Below, piece after piece: positions 36,501-47,700 of a stretch of 64,000 nucleotides of DNA. The stretch lies in contig OZ287084.1 in the NCBI GenBank assembly GCA_965645245.1, forward strand, positions 1,116,001 through 1,180,000. The letters are read 5' to 3'. Position 1 is the stretch's first letter, and each line of letters opens with the position of its first letter. Position numbers and translations under genes: made by a program. Source of the DNA: Massalongia carnosa (lineage: Eukaryota). Below the pieces are notes generated by a model. That model saw nothing but the letters and a program-made list of their open reading frames with translations, ran no database searches and was not told where the DNA came from.

Positions 36501-36621
36501 ATTGACGATACATAGTTGGGTTATAAAGGGTTGATTTATTTGTAAAATAAAACCATATCTTAAAATAGTTTAGTGTCATAACCTTAGGTTGAATACACTT
36601 AATGAATAAATAAAAAAAAAA
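33529..36621 (+). mobile_element. LINE A copy A2, lacking its 5' half
   Basis: Near-identical to A1 ~4421-7514. Confidence 0.92.
33564..36389 (+). CDS. Open RT-RNase H portion of LINE ORF2 (941 aa, no endonuclease)
   Basis: Uninterrupted ORF with FIDD and YTDGS motifs. Confidence 0.8.
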   Translation: MFEKIPPIQYENKLNVQFDHKCDAFVSAMYTKNPFTDDNIEDLTNQDSENDNNWPNLTENELQNAISLFNSKKSCGPDAINFTIIQKSFQPMKNVFFTIYSKFIQISYHPLCWRTGLGAVLKKPNKPDYSLPKSYRIITLLNCLGKIAEKIVANRLAYLGENSSLLDTEQMGGRKNHSAIDAVMNVVHDIENANRNKNVLSCLLLDVKGAFDFVLINQLINVMKKLHLSRIVIQWVKHFMRKRSINLIFDEHKSKTYYIESGIPQGSPISPILFLIYIRYLFPKIRMKFNAHSPSFIDDVAIYVENKTAIQNCKEIEIIVKTAFDWAATNNVKFDDDKSELIHFEKSRNASKVKVQLPNGTILEPKNSVKWLGVWLDRKLNYKKHVETRIASANRSFFAIQNLMKSEWGLKPTACRQLYLSCIIPISDYGSEIWYNGQKKYEKLFQNLQNRMIRKILGTFKTTPVQAMEIESHILPAKLRLLMKNQKYAIRLLKIAENNPICQRIPSTYTVKFEKIGFDTSLWNNRYAEWNEDEKKSSKPHPRQLIRILHSVSDIVHKTDEFESVNNFIKPWKPSCKIKFQIERSKETAKSSYYSTLSKIQSINADKSQILLYTDGSKTEFSTSAVTFAPITRNWNNFTDNFNRFIEKDCLLKHHTISKSWKLNKQSSVKNAELYAILQAIKWAYKLTIANILFNLEKTIWIFSDSINAINEIQNLTNHTYAKQIRKLSKCLFGNNYQVVLQWIPSHSKIFENEIADKAAKAGHSGILVESSIITFDYVKGQINRNMLATWANQWQQCKSKDKYYEKFEMQPGKSSFYYLSNNCSKLIFATIMQMKFGHGYFRSYLHRLKDYNSSKCTGRCNERQTPEQLLMNCIHYSNEILNMKQNIDTTITLKMLFNTRIGNNILIKFIVDNKIATRKWKLGQLDDENIQTGGWGEIEQ

Positions 36622-38979
36622 TCAACAATAGATGTTCTGGCGTTTGACGTTCGTTGCATCTATTCGTGCATTTTGACGAATTGTAATCTTTCAATCGATA
36701 TAGATATGAACGAAAATAACCGTGTCCGAATTTCAGCTGCATAATGGTAGCAAATATCATTTTCGAACAATTGTTTGACAAATGATAAAAGCTCGATTTG
36801 CCAGGTTGCATATCAAATTTCTCGTAATGTTTGCCTTTTGACCTGCATCGTTGCCATTGATTCGTCTATGTGTTTAGCGTATTTTGATGAATTTGACTTT
36901 TCAAGTAGTCAAATGTGATCGCCGAGGACTCCGCTATGATTTGACTGTGTCCTGCTTTCGACGTTTTGTCTGCAATTTCATTTTCGATAATTTTCGAATG
37001 ACTAGGGATCCATTGCAGAATTATCTGATAGTTGTTTTCGTATAAACATTTTGCAATTTTTCGAATTTGCTTCGCATAAATATGATTTGTTAAATGTTGA
37101 ATTTCGTTTATCGCGTTCAAACTATCGGAAAAAATCCATATTGTTTTTTCTAAATTCGATAATATATTCTCGTTCGTTAACTTGTATACCCATTTGACTG
37201 CTTGTAAAATCGCATGAAGTTCAGCATTTTTAATGCTTGACTGTTTGCTCAACTTCCAGCTTTTCGAAATTGTATGATGTTGGATAAGGCAATCTTTTTC
37301 GATAAAGTGATCGAAATCATCGATAAAATTGTTCCATTTTCGCATAATTGGTGCCAATGTGACCGCAGAAGTTGCAAATTCTACTTTTGATCTATCCGTA
37401 TAAAGTAATATTCGTGATATTTCGGAATTCATAGATGGAATTTTGGATAAAGTCGAATAATAACTTGATTTTGCTGTTTCTTTTGACTTTTCGATTTGAA
37501 ATTCGATTTTACACGACGACTTCCATGGTTTTATGAAGTTATTTGATTGTTCGAATTCATCAGTTTTGTGAACTATGTCCGAAACGGAGTGCAAATCACG
37601 AATAAGCTGACTAGGATATCGTTTATTTGTTTGTTTTTCGTCTTCGTTCCATTCGGCATATTTGTTGTTCCATAAGCTAGTATCAAAACCGATGTTTTCG
37701 AATTTCATCGAATATGTGTTTGGAATTCTTTGACAAATGGGATTATTTTCGGCAATCTTCAACAATCGAATAGAATATTTTTGATTTTTCATCAATAATC
37801 GTAGTTTGACTGGTAGAATATGTGATTCAATTTCCATCGCTTGAACAGGTGTGGTTTTGAATGTTCCTAAAATCTTTCGAATAATACGATTTTGCAAATT
37901 CTGAAATAGTTTCTCATATTTCTGTTGACCATTGTACCAAATTTCTGATCCATAATCCGAAATAGGAACGATGCATGACAAATAAAGCTGTCTACATGCA
38001 GTCGGTTTAAGACCCCACTCTGATTTCATCAAATTTTGAATCCCAAAGAATGACCGATTTGCAGAAGAAATTCGAGTTTCGACGTGTTTTTTGTAATTCA
38101 GTTTTCGATCTAGCCAGATTCCCAACCATTTGACTACATTTTTCGGTTCCAGTATAGTTCCGTTTGGTAATTGCAGTGTGTCTTTCGATGCATTTCTTGT
38201 CTTTTCGAAGTGAATCAGTTCGGATTTTTCGTCATCAAATTTGACATTATTCGATGCGGCCCAATCAAATGCAGTTTTTACTATGATTTCGATTTCTTTG
38301 CAATTCTGTTTTGCAGTTTTATTTTCGACATATATTGCAACATCGTCTATAAAACTAGGAGAATGTGCATTGAATTTCATTCGTACTTTCGGAAATAAGT
38401 GACGAATGTAGATCGAAAATAATATAGGCGAAATAGGTGAGCCTTGTGGAATTCCTGATTCGACATAATAGGTTTTGCTTTTATTTTCATCGAATATTAG
38501 ATTGACCGATCGTTTTGTCATAAAATTTTTGACCCATTGAATAACTATGCGAGATAATTTGAGATTTTTCATGACATTTAACAGCTGATTAATCGATACA
38601 AAGTCAAATGCGCCTTTGATGTCGAGTAATAAACATGATAAAACGTTCTTTTTTCGGTTCGCTATTTCGATATCATGAACGACGGTCATTACTGCGTCAA
38701 TTGCAGAGTGATTTTTGCGTCCGCCCATCTGTTCGATGTCTAATAAATTCGAATTTTCGCCGAAGTAGGCAAGGCGATTTGCAACGATTTTCTCAGCAAT
38801 TTTACCAAGACTATAAGAGGGACAGTAGACACTAGTCCTTATGGGTTATAATGCTCAGTGTGACTGCTAATAGATTGGTAGGTGCTAAAGCTAAAAGCTG
38901 ATTCCCTGAAGATGGGAATCGAGCTTTCTATATACCCCTTGAGGTCCTATTTACTAACTACTTGTCTGGTTACCTGTCT

Positions 38980-39135
38980 GCCTTGTTGCCTTCAGCTGAG
39001 GTCTAGTAGATAGCCTTGCTGCCTTCAGCTGAGGTCTAGCAGATAACCTTGTTGCCTTCAGCTGAGGTCTAGCAGATAGCCTTGTTGCCTTCAGCTGAGG
39101 TCTAGCAGATAGCCTTGTTGCCTTCAGCTGAGGTC
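38980..39135. repeat. 33-bp tandem repeat, ~4.7 copies, in the Gypsy-3 LTR (also 45016-45171)
   Basis: GCCTTGTTGCCTTCAGCTGAGGTCTAGCAGATA units start at 38980, 39013, 39046, 39079 and 39112. Confidence 0.92.
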
Positions 39136-39717
39136 TCCTAGGCGTCCCAGGCCTCCCATGAGATCGAGGCTTATCTGAATAGCTTCAGTTGCTGCCTAAT
39201 AAACTGGTAAGGCTGATTGCTGATGGCTTAGTATTGCTATCCGCCTTATCATGACTAAGCATCCGGATTATCAGTCACCCGGTCTTCTTGGGTGAGTCAT
39301 CTCAGGAGCTAGCGCAGTCCTGTATTGCCGCGCTATTACAATTACCTCCCTTCTAGTAATGAGCTCCTGCGAAATTCATCCCAGGTAGTTCGTGCGTTCA
39401 GCCCATCATCGCGTGGTAATTGCAAGCGGTTAATCGTGCCGATGGCTTTAACGTCGATGGCCGCTTGAATGCAGGCTAGCAAGAGTTGGGATTTGTAAGA
39501 GCTTGGAAGATATTAGGATAACATAACTTGATGCTCTGGCTCAGCCTCATTAAAAACCTCCCACCTCCCTTCTAGGGAAGGTGCTAGGAAAAGAGCTACT
39601 GGCCTGGATGGAATCGAGCATGACGTTACTGCAACACATTGCTGAGCTCCTAGCGCAGCCTCATTAAAAACCTCCAACCTTTTTTCGTGGGCAGGTGGTA
39701 GGAAAAGAGTGCTGGCC

Positions 39718-42700
39718 TTATTTAGTCCTCTTTGTGCGTCGTCCTGTTTCTTTCGCTAATGAGGGAGTCCTAGTGGCCTGAGGGGTGGACTTTGCTGTTG
39801 GCTTGGTAGGATTTTTCTCATGAAATTCCCTCAATAGCTTTCGTAGATGTTTGACGCCGGCGACGGGCTCCCATGTGTCTTCCGCGTCGGGATAACCTTT
39901 CCAATGCACTAGATAATATAATCCAGCCGGTCGTCCGTCTTCTGCTTCTTTTGCATAGACTGCACTATCTCGTATGCACTCTACTTCATACTCTTGCATG
40001 TCATCGTCTTCGAATTCAAGCTGTTCAGCCATTTGTTCGTCTACTACCTCCCTTCTAGTGGTGTCTCTTTCCAGCAGAGACACATGAAAGACTGGGTGTA
40101 TTTTCCAACTTTTCGGAAGTTCTAGCTCGTAAGCTTGAGTGCCTACAGGCCTCAACACCTTAAAGGGACCCAAGAACTTATGCTCAAGCTTCTTGTTCCT
40201 TTTCGTCTTAATATGTTTGCTGTTTAGCCAAACCATTTCATCGGGAGCGTAGCAACGTTCTTTCACCGTTCTATTGTGATATTTGGCTTGATTGTCTTGG
40301 GCTAATTGCAGGTTATTTTTCAACTCTGCTAACAAATCGCGTAGATTTTTAGCCTGTTCCTCAGCTGTCTTCGACTTCGATCGAGGGTCTTGGTTATCTT
40401 CATAACTCATCCTTGGGTGGTAGCCTATATTAGCCTCGAACGGGGTGAGCTTGGTGCTTGAATGACGGGTGTTATTGTATGCAAATTCAGCGGTAGGGAG
40501 CCATTGCACCCAGTCATCTTGCTCGAAACGGCAGTAAGACCTAAGGTAAGCTTCCATGGTACTATTTTGACGTTCTGTCTGACCGTCTGTTTGTGGATGG
40601 AAGGCTGTGCTTAGCCTACGCTTTATCTTCATGTAATAGCATAGGGATGACCAGAAGTTTGATGTAAATAGCGAGCCCCGATCGGTGACTATGGAGTCAG
40701 GTAGGCCGTGATACTTGAACACGCAGTGCCTTAGCACTTCAGCTAACTGTTCAGCAGTCAGCGTTTTCTTCACTGCCTCATAGTGCACCATCTTGGTGAG
40801 CCTATCAACGACGACTAGGATGGAGTCATAATCAACTCCCCTCCAGTCCTTACTCTTAGGTAAGCCAGTGACGAAGTCCATCGTAATGTCCTTCCACTTA
40901 TGAGTTGGTATAGGCAACGACTGCAAGTTTCCATAAGGCTTATGCCTCGTAGCTTTGCTACTCATGCAGACGTCGCAACCCTCTACATAGCGTGCTATGT
41001 CTGACTTCATCGATGGCCAGTAGTACTTTCTACTCACTAGCTCAATCGTCTTGTCTTTCCCGAAGTGCCCTGCCAGCGGATCATCATGATTTAACTCAAG
41101 AATTTCTCCTCGTAAGGAGGCTGGGATGTAGGCCTTTCCTTCATGGAATAGACAGTGGTCCGAGTCCGACCATGGCTCGCTGGAGGGCGCCACCTCCTGT
41201 GTCCCCGACACGTCACTGTCTTTCAAGGTAGCTAACCTTTTCCGAACAGTGATAGCGACCTCGTCAACCTGTTGCAACTCAGGAAGACGCTCTAATACTC
41301 CCCTAGAAGCGGGTTGAGTATAAGGTGACTCGCGCTGTGCGAGAGAGTTTCGCAATGAACTCCAGTATGCCTTCACCTTCGGAACAACCAATGTTCCGCA
41401 TGTTATGATCTTCCATATTTCACCGTGGTGAGACCCCGTCGGGCCAGAAGCATCATCTAACGACTCCCCTGACATTGCCCTCATTAGACAAACGCGTGCG
41501 TTCTTATCTGCTAGGGATGTCTGCAAAAGGTGGAGCGTTTTGCGGTTTTCAACCAGCACTTCGCCATCATCATCGCCAGCGGTAGGAGGTCTTGACAGCC
41601 CATCGGCTGGGTTCCTCTTACCCTGACGATAATCGATGCGGAAATTATACCTGGAAAGCTCTTGAGCCCACCTTACTTGCCTGCCGCTTAGGCGCTTGGT
41701 ATCCATAAACCTCGTAAGGTTATTGTGATCAGTCAACACGAGAATTTCGTGAGACGACCCCTCAAGGTAATGTCTCCAAATTTTGAAGGCCTCGACTATC
41801 GCTAATAGTTCAGCATCATGGGTCTCGTAATTACGCTCAGCCGGTAGCATCTTGCGTGAGTAATAGGCAACAGGGTGCCATTGTCCCTCGTCATCTTGCT
41901 GAGCCAATATGCCGCCAATAGCATAACCTGACGCATCGGTTTCCACGCGTACTGGTTTACTAGCATCGTAATGCCTTAGTACCGGGGCCTCTATGAACGA
42001 CTTTTTCAGCTTCTCAAAAGCCTCTAGAGCTTCCTCCGTAAGGAACTCGCTTTCGACACCCTTAGGTGCTTTCTGTCTATGATTAGCGGGCTTTGTTTTC
42101 AGCATAGCGGTAAGTGGCCCTGCTATTTTACTGAACCCACGAATGAATCGTCTATAGAAATTCGCGAAGCCTATGAACACCTGTACATCGCGTACGCATG
42201 TGGGCCGTGGCCAATTTTGCACTGCTTGGATGCGATCTTTTCGCATATAAACACCCTTAGGATTGATGACATAGCCTAGGAATTCGACTTCGTCGGTGCT
42301 GAATCGGCATTTTTGTAAGTTACAAAATAAGCCATGCTTGCGGAGTTGTTCTAACACCCATCGCACAGCATCTTCATGGGCCTTACCCTTCTGTTCGGTA
42401 TAGATCAGTATATCATCCAAATAAACGATGCAGAAGACATCCAGTTTTAGTGCCAACGCTTTATTGATATAGGCTTGGAAGGAGGCCGGAGCATTGGATA
42501 ATCCGAACGGCATGACGCAGTATTCGAAATGGCCATATCGGGTGCGAAAGGCTGTCTTCCATTCGTCGCCTTTCTTAATTCTGATGCGATTATAGGCTGC
42601 AGTCAAATCCAATTGGGTGTACTGTTTGGCCCGTCCTAGTCGATCTAAAGACTCGCCTACTAATGGTAGCGGGTAGCGATTTTTAACTGTCAGATTGTTC

Positions 42701-43647
42701 AGACCCCTATAATCCACGCAGAGCCTCAGGGTACCATTTGCCTTAGGCACGAAGAGAATAGGAGCTCCAGCTGGTGAGGTAGATGGCCGGATAAACCCAT
42801 TAGCCAGGTGAGCATCGAGGTAGGCCCTTAGCACTGTGAGCTCTGTTTCTGATAGGCTATAAATAGGTCCATATGGAGGCTGCTTTCCATCCACGAGGTC
42901 GATCGCATGATCATGTAGCCCGTGCTCTGGTAGCTTGGCTGCACTATCTTCCGAAAAGACATCTGCGAAATCCGTATAAGCCTCAGGGACCTTGATTTCT
43001 TGTACCTTCACTGAGGCTATTCTAGCTCGACGGCTCGAATGGATGTTATCTATACCTAGCGCCTTAGCATGGACCACGTAGGTCGGTGTATCTTCTGATA
43101 ACGCCTCTTCTATGAAGACTTCTGGTTCTATAATCTCTATCCGATGAGTAGTCATCAGGGCCGATTGAACGCTTAGTTCTCGCCAATTCAGGGTCCTTGC
43201 TGACCAATCGATATCGGGATTGGCTAGCTGCAGGAATGGCATGCCCAACACGATATTATGAGGTATATCTGCTATTAGGAATGTTTCCTCAAAGAAACGT
43301 TGCTGACCTAATTGATCAGTTACCCCGAACACCAACAGACCCATGCCATGTGTCATGACTTGCTGGTGATTAATAGCTTCCAAACTGACGCTGGAGTGTA
43401 ACACTGTCAGAGCGCATATATTTGCGTAAGCTCTAGAAATAAGGTTAACTTCACTTCCGCTGTCAATTAGTGCTTTTGCTATTTCTTTAGCGTGTGTTAT
43501 TTCGTACTCTATGCAGGGTGCGACTTCCAATGTCTTAGGACTTGCCGATGCCTCTTTGATAGTAGTCGCCGGTAGGGAGGCAGCAGCGGCGACTATGCTT
43601 TTTTTGGATGGGGACAGTCTTTTACCCAATGTTCGAGGGATCCACAA
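39718..43647 (-). CDS. pol: Gypsy-3 Pol (PR-RT-RH-IN-chromodomain), -1 frame relative to gag
   Basis: LIDSGS, LCVDYRGLN, YLDD, ETDAS, HHCC, integrase core, EYEVECIRDS...YLVHWKGYPDAEDTWEP. Confidence 0.95.
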   Translation of the reverse strand: MWIPRTLGKRLSPSKKSIVAAAASLPATTIKEASASPKTLEVAPCIEYEITHAKEIAKALIDSGSEVNLISRAYANICALTVLHSSVSLEAINHQQVMTHGMGLLVFGVTDQLGQQRFFEETFLIADIPHNIVLGMPFLQLANPDIDWSARTLNWRELSVQSALMTTHRIEIIEPEVFIEEALSEDTPTYVVHAKALGIDNIHSSRRARIASVKVQEIKVPEAYTDFADVFSEDSAAKLPEHGLHDHAIDLVDGKQPPYGPIYSLSETELTVLRAYLDAHLANGFIRPSTSPAGAPILFVPKANGTLRLCVDYRGLNNLTVKNRYPLPLVGESLDRLGRAKQYTQLDLTAAYNRIRIKKGDEWKTAFRTRYGHFEYCVMPFGLSNAPASFQAYINKALALKLDVFCIVYLDDILIYTEQKGKAHEDAVRWVLEQLRKHGLFCNLQKCRFSTDEVEFLGYVINPKGVYMRKDRIQAVQNWPRPTCVRDVQVFIGFANFYRRFIRGFSKIAGPLTAMLKTKPANHRQKAPKGVESEFLTEEALEAFEKLKKSFIEAPVLRHYDASKPVRVETDASGYAIGGILAQQDDEGQWHPVAYYSRKMLPAERNYETHDAELLAIVEAFKIWRHYLEGSSHEILVLTDHNNLTRFMDTKRLSGRQVRWAQELSRYNFRIDYRQGKRNPADGLSRPPTAGDDDGEVLVENRKTLHLLQTSLADKNARVCLMRAMSGESLDDASGPTGSHHGEIWKIITCGTLVVPKVKAYWSSLRNSLAQRESPYTQPASRGVLERLPELQQVDEVAITVRKRLATLKDSDVSGTQEVAPSSEPWSDSDHCLFHEGKAYIPASLRGEILELNHDDPLAGHFGKDKTIELVSRKYYWPSMKSDIARYVEGCDVCMSSKATRHKPYGNLQSLPIPTHKWKDITMDFVTGLPKSKDWRGVDYDSILVVVDRLTKMVHYEAVKKTLTAEQLAEVLRHCVFKYHGLPDSIVTDRGSLFTSNFWSSLCYYMKIKRRLSTAFHPQTDGQTERQNSTMEAYLRSYCRFEQDDWVQWLPTAEFAYNNTRHSSTKLTPFEANIGYHPRMSYEDNQDPRSKSKTAEEQAKNLRDLLAELKNNLQLAQDNQAKYHNRTVKERCYAPDEMVWLNSKHIKTKRNKKLEHKFLGPFKVLRPVGTQAYELELPKSWKIHPVFHVSLLERDTTRREVVDEQMAEQLEFEDDDMQEYEVECIRDSAVYAKEAEDGRPAGLYYLVHWKGYPDAEDTWEPVAGVKHLRKLLREFHEKNPTKPTAKSTPQATRTPSLAKETGRRTKRTK

Positions 43648-44747
43648 TTATAGCAGCTATTTTTGTTATTGTCTTGTATCTCGGTCACAGTGCCTAGCGG
43701 AATGGCATTGCTATTGGTCGACGGCGCGCTAGTACCAGCCGGAGCCGCATTCCTGCCGCCTCGGCCTCTTCCGCCTCTATTGCCTCTTCCGTGGTGACTA
43801 CCTCGATGACCTCTTCCGCCTCGACCTCCGCGATGATTAGTTGGATATGGTTCTCGGCGGCCCTGATCGTTAGAAGCCGGGGCACCTTGCTCCCGCTTGG
43901 AGTAGCCTCTACCTGTTGATGATGGCAAAACAGCCGCTCCCTCAGCTAGTTGTGCATCACTGATGAATTCCGCTATGGTAGCGGGATGTCGATGACCTAG
44001 TGCTAAGGAATTCCGAATTATTGGTATGACTCCCGTACGAAGCTTCTGGACCATCTGTTCTTCGGTAATAGGATGTTCCGGATCTGCATCGGCTAATATT
44101 GTTCGTAGGCGTTGTAAGTAGGCCGCAAAGGATTGAACAGTATCATTGGGACGTTGTTGTGCATGATGGTACTGCATCCAGGTTCGATCTTTGAAAACTT
44201 CTGTAGAGCCTAGTTGATTCATGAGGTTCTTTTTGAACTCCTTCCAGGTAAGATTCAGATGACCCCCTCGTGATAGTATCTCATGCCAATTGTCGCTAGG
44301 GGTGTCTCGAAGGTAGCTGCCTGCATAGGCTATACGACGATCTTGTTCCGTTTCAGGCATGCCACTAGTGTTAAAGACAGCCTCGCATTGTCTGGTGAAT
44401 TCGAACAAGGTCTTATGGTCCTTGCCATAATACGGGTCGGGCGACTTAGCTTTGAGGTTATACCTGACAGATCGTTCCATGGAGCGAGGACGACGAGACT
44501 CTCTTTCCTCGTGCAGTCGTTCTAATTCCCTTTCATTGGCAGCGAGACGGGTACTTTGCTGAGTCAACAAGGTGGCCTGGGCCTGCATGGCTGCTGTCTG
44601 TTCGGTCAAATGGGCCTGCATGGCTCTAATCTCGTCGATTAGCTGGTTTGGTGGTGTTTGTTCCAGCGTATCGTAGTCCAGTAGGTCATCACCCTGATTG
44701 GACGTGGGATTGGCCGAATTCTGGCCGCTTCGTCCTCGTGTGTTCAT
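43593..44747 (-). CDS. gag: Gypsy-3 Gag (384 aa)
   Basis: RGG-rich tract and CYNCGSLEHWVKDC knuckle. Confidence 0.92.
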   Translation of the reverse strand: MNTRGRSGQNSANPTSNQGDDLLDYDTLEQTPPNQLIDEIRAMQAHLTEQTAAMQAQATLLTQQSTRLAANERELERLHEERESRRPRSMERSVRYNLKAKSPDPYYGKDHKTLFEFTRQCEAVFNTSGMPETEQDRRIAYAGSYLRDTPSDNWHEILSRGGHLNLTWKEFKKNLMNQLGSTEVFKDRTWMQYHHAQQRPNDTVQSFAAYLQRLRTILADADPEHPITEEQMVQKLRTGVIPIIRNSLALGHRHPATIAEFISDAQLAEGAAVLPSSTGRGYSKREQGAPASNDQGRREPYPTNHRGGRGGRGHRGSHHGRGNRGGRGRGGRNAAPAGTSAPSTNSNAIPLGTVTEIQDNNKNSCYNCGSLEHWVKDCPHPKKA

Positions 44748-47700
44748 GTTGACGATAAATAGTTTGAATTGTTTGGACGGTAGGTGTGATAGGATTGAAC
44801 TATCAACAGTCGGACCAAGCTATCCTAAGATATGGAGCTTTTAGAATTATAAGAGGGACAGTAGACACTAGTCCTTATGGGTTATAATGCTCAGTGTGAC
44901 TGCTAATAGATTGGTAGGTGCTAAAGCTAAAAGCTGATTCCCTGAAGATGGGAATCGAGCTTTCTATATACCCCTTGGGGTCCTATTTACTAACTACTTG
45001 TCTGGTTACCTGTCTGCCTTGTTGCCTTCAGCTGAGGTCTAGTAGATAGCCTTGCTGCCTTCAGCTGAGGTCTAGCAGATAACCTTGTTGCCTTCAGCTG
45101 AGGTCTAGCAGATAGCCTTGTTGCCTTCAGCTGAGGTCTAGCAGATAGCCTTGTTGCCTTCAGCTGAGGTCTCCTAGGCGTCCCAGGCCTCCCATGAGAT
45201 CGAGGCTTATCTGAATAGCTTCAGTTGCTGCCTAATAAACTGGTAAGGCTGATTGCTGATGGCTTAGTATTGCTATCCGCCTTATCATGACTAAGCATCC
45301 GGATTATCAGTCACCCGGTCTTCTTGGGTGAGTCATCTCAGGAGCTAGCGCAGTCCTGTATTGCCGCGCTATTACAAAGACAGTTTAGTAAAGTGATAAT
45401 CCGATATGATTTTGGCAGCGAATAATCTGATTTATTAGGTTTTTTCAAAACTGCACCGAGTCCTGTCCGCCAGCATAACGGATGATAACCGGTTTTAATG
45501 AATTTTGAATAAATCATAAAAAACACGTTTTTCAACGATTGAAACGATTTTTGAACAATTGTAAAGTTGATTGCATCAGGGCCACATGCTTTTTTCGGAT
45601 TAAACAAACTAATCGCATTTTGCAACTCGTTTTCGGTCAAATCCGGCCAATTATTGTCATCTTCGTTGTCTTGATTCGATAAGTCTTCGACATTATCGTC
45701 TATAATTAGGTTTTTTGTGTAAATTGCTGCAACAAATGCATCGCATTTGTCATCGAATTGAACATTTAATTTATTTTCATATTGAATTGGTGGTATTTTT
45801 TCGAATATGCGCGGTTTAGTGTATTTATACGCTGTAAATACGTCTTTATTCGCTGCATTTTCTAGAAAAGTCAACCAAGTTTGTTGTTTTGCTTTTCGAA
45901 TTGCATGAAAATATTCGATTCGGCTATGTTTAAAGGTTCTATGACTAAAATCGGAGGGATAATTCTTCCATTCTCGACGATGTCTAGACATAATTTTTCG
46001 GAGTTCAGTTAAATCTTGCGACCACCAATTTTTTGATTTTGCACATATTTTGGTCTTCGGAATAAACATTTCAGCTGCGTCTTTAATAATATCTTGCAAA
46101 TAGATCGCTGATTCGTCGAATTGATGATTATTCAATAAACTTTGAACCTGTGTTTCGTAGTTTATTCAATTTTCATCTAGAAACTTCGCGAACTTGTCCC
46201 AATCGGCTTTATTGCAATTGTATTTGTTTGATAATGCGGTTGCATGTGTCGTCAAATTCTTGAAAGATGCGATTAATTCAAATCGAATGACTTCATGATC
46301 TGAACCTGTGACTGCGTTTTCATCGATTGACCAATTTGTTATTGCATTTTCGATTTTAGAATTTGCAAATGTTAAATCAATAACAGATGAAGAACTTCCA
46401 GAATGGGCGTAAAATGTACATAAATCAGACGTATTAATCAAACTACACTTTTTTGATTTTAACCATTTCACTAGATTTTCAGATCGAATTGCATGCTGAA
46501 TTTTCGAATTCCACCAGTTATGATGTGCATTGAAATCTCCACATATTACGAATTGATCATTGAATGTAGGTTGATATTTGACTATTAGTCGGTCGATTGT
46601 ATATGTTTCTCGATCGTTTTGACTTTTTTCATTGTAAATGTTGATAATCTGTACTTTTCGAATATCATCAATTGTAATCTGGATAATTTGCATATCGGGA
46701 TCGTCAATAAGATCCGTTCTAGGCGTGCATTGTAGTTTCGAATTGCATTTAGTGACAAATAAAGCTACTCTCGAGCGATAAGCTGCTATTTTCGGCATAA
46801 TGCATGTGAATGACGGATGAGAAATAGTTTTTTGATCGCGTGTCCAAGGTTCCTGAAATAAAACAATATCAATTTGTTTTAATACTGCGTATTCCAGACA
46901 CGAAATCATTGCATTCGTTGACTTTGCACAATTGTGTTGAATAAATTTGACATTTTGTGTATTTTCGATGTTTGTCAACGAATGTTGTCCTGCCATTACA
47001 ACACGGATAATTCGTCAGTCGATTTTCGAACGTTTAATGATGCAATCATTTCACAACGTTCATCATTTGACTGATGATTTAGATTGCAATTGACGCATTT
47101 GACGACGACACGTGCACACGCGATTTTGGATTTGCAAGTTGTGCATTCATGATTGTGAGTTTCATGATTTTGTGCACATATATTGCATTTCGCTTGATTT
47201 TTGCATTGATAATGCTTGTGGCCAAATTTTTGGCAATTGATGCATTGCGTATTTGGTCGAACGGAGGTAAATATTTCCGTGTCACAGTGTCTTCCCGCGA
47301 TATTTACTCCTTTCAACGCGTTCAAAGCCATATTTCGATCATTGAACGTCAAAACAACAGACGATTTGATCTTGTATTGACGATCACGTGCTAGCCATCT
47401 TGGAATATCGCATAATTGCATGTTCGAATTGAACTTTTGAATTTCATCCTGCAAATATTGCATGTTTTCATCAAACGTTGCAATATTTATGCCATGCGCG
47501 ATTACTTTAAACCACGATTCATCCTTTCGAACTGTTCGTGGGTCAAACAAATGCTCCCATATTGATTTATTGTTCAATAAATCTTCAGCAGTGTTCTCTG
47601 GACTAGTAGTCAGAACGATGTTTTGTCCCGTTTTGGACTTTTCGACCGTGTTGACAACGATAGTCAATTTCGCGTCTTTAAAAAGCGAATTGATTTGGTT

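Larger units (their letters stand above)
38812..45376 (-). mobile_element. Ty3/Gypsy chromovirus 3, intact (529-bp LTRs at 38812-39340 and 44848-45376)
   Basis: LTRs with one visible mismatch; TSD AAGAC at 38807-38811 and 45377-45381; PPT GAAGGGAGGT; open gag and pol. Confidence 0.96.
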
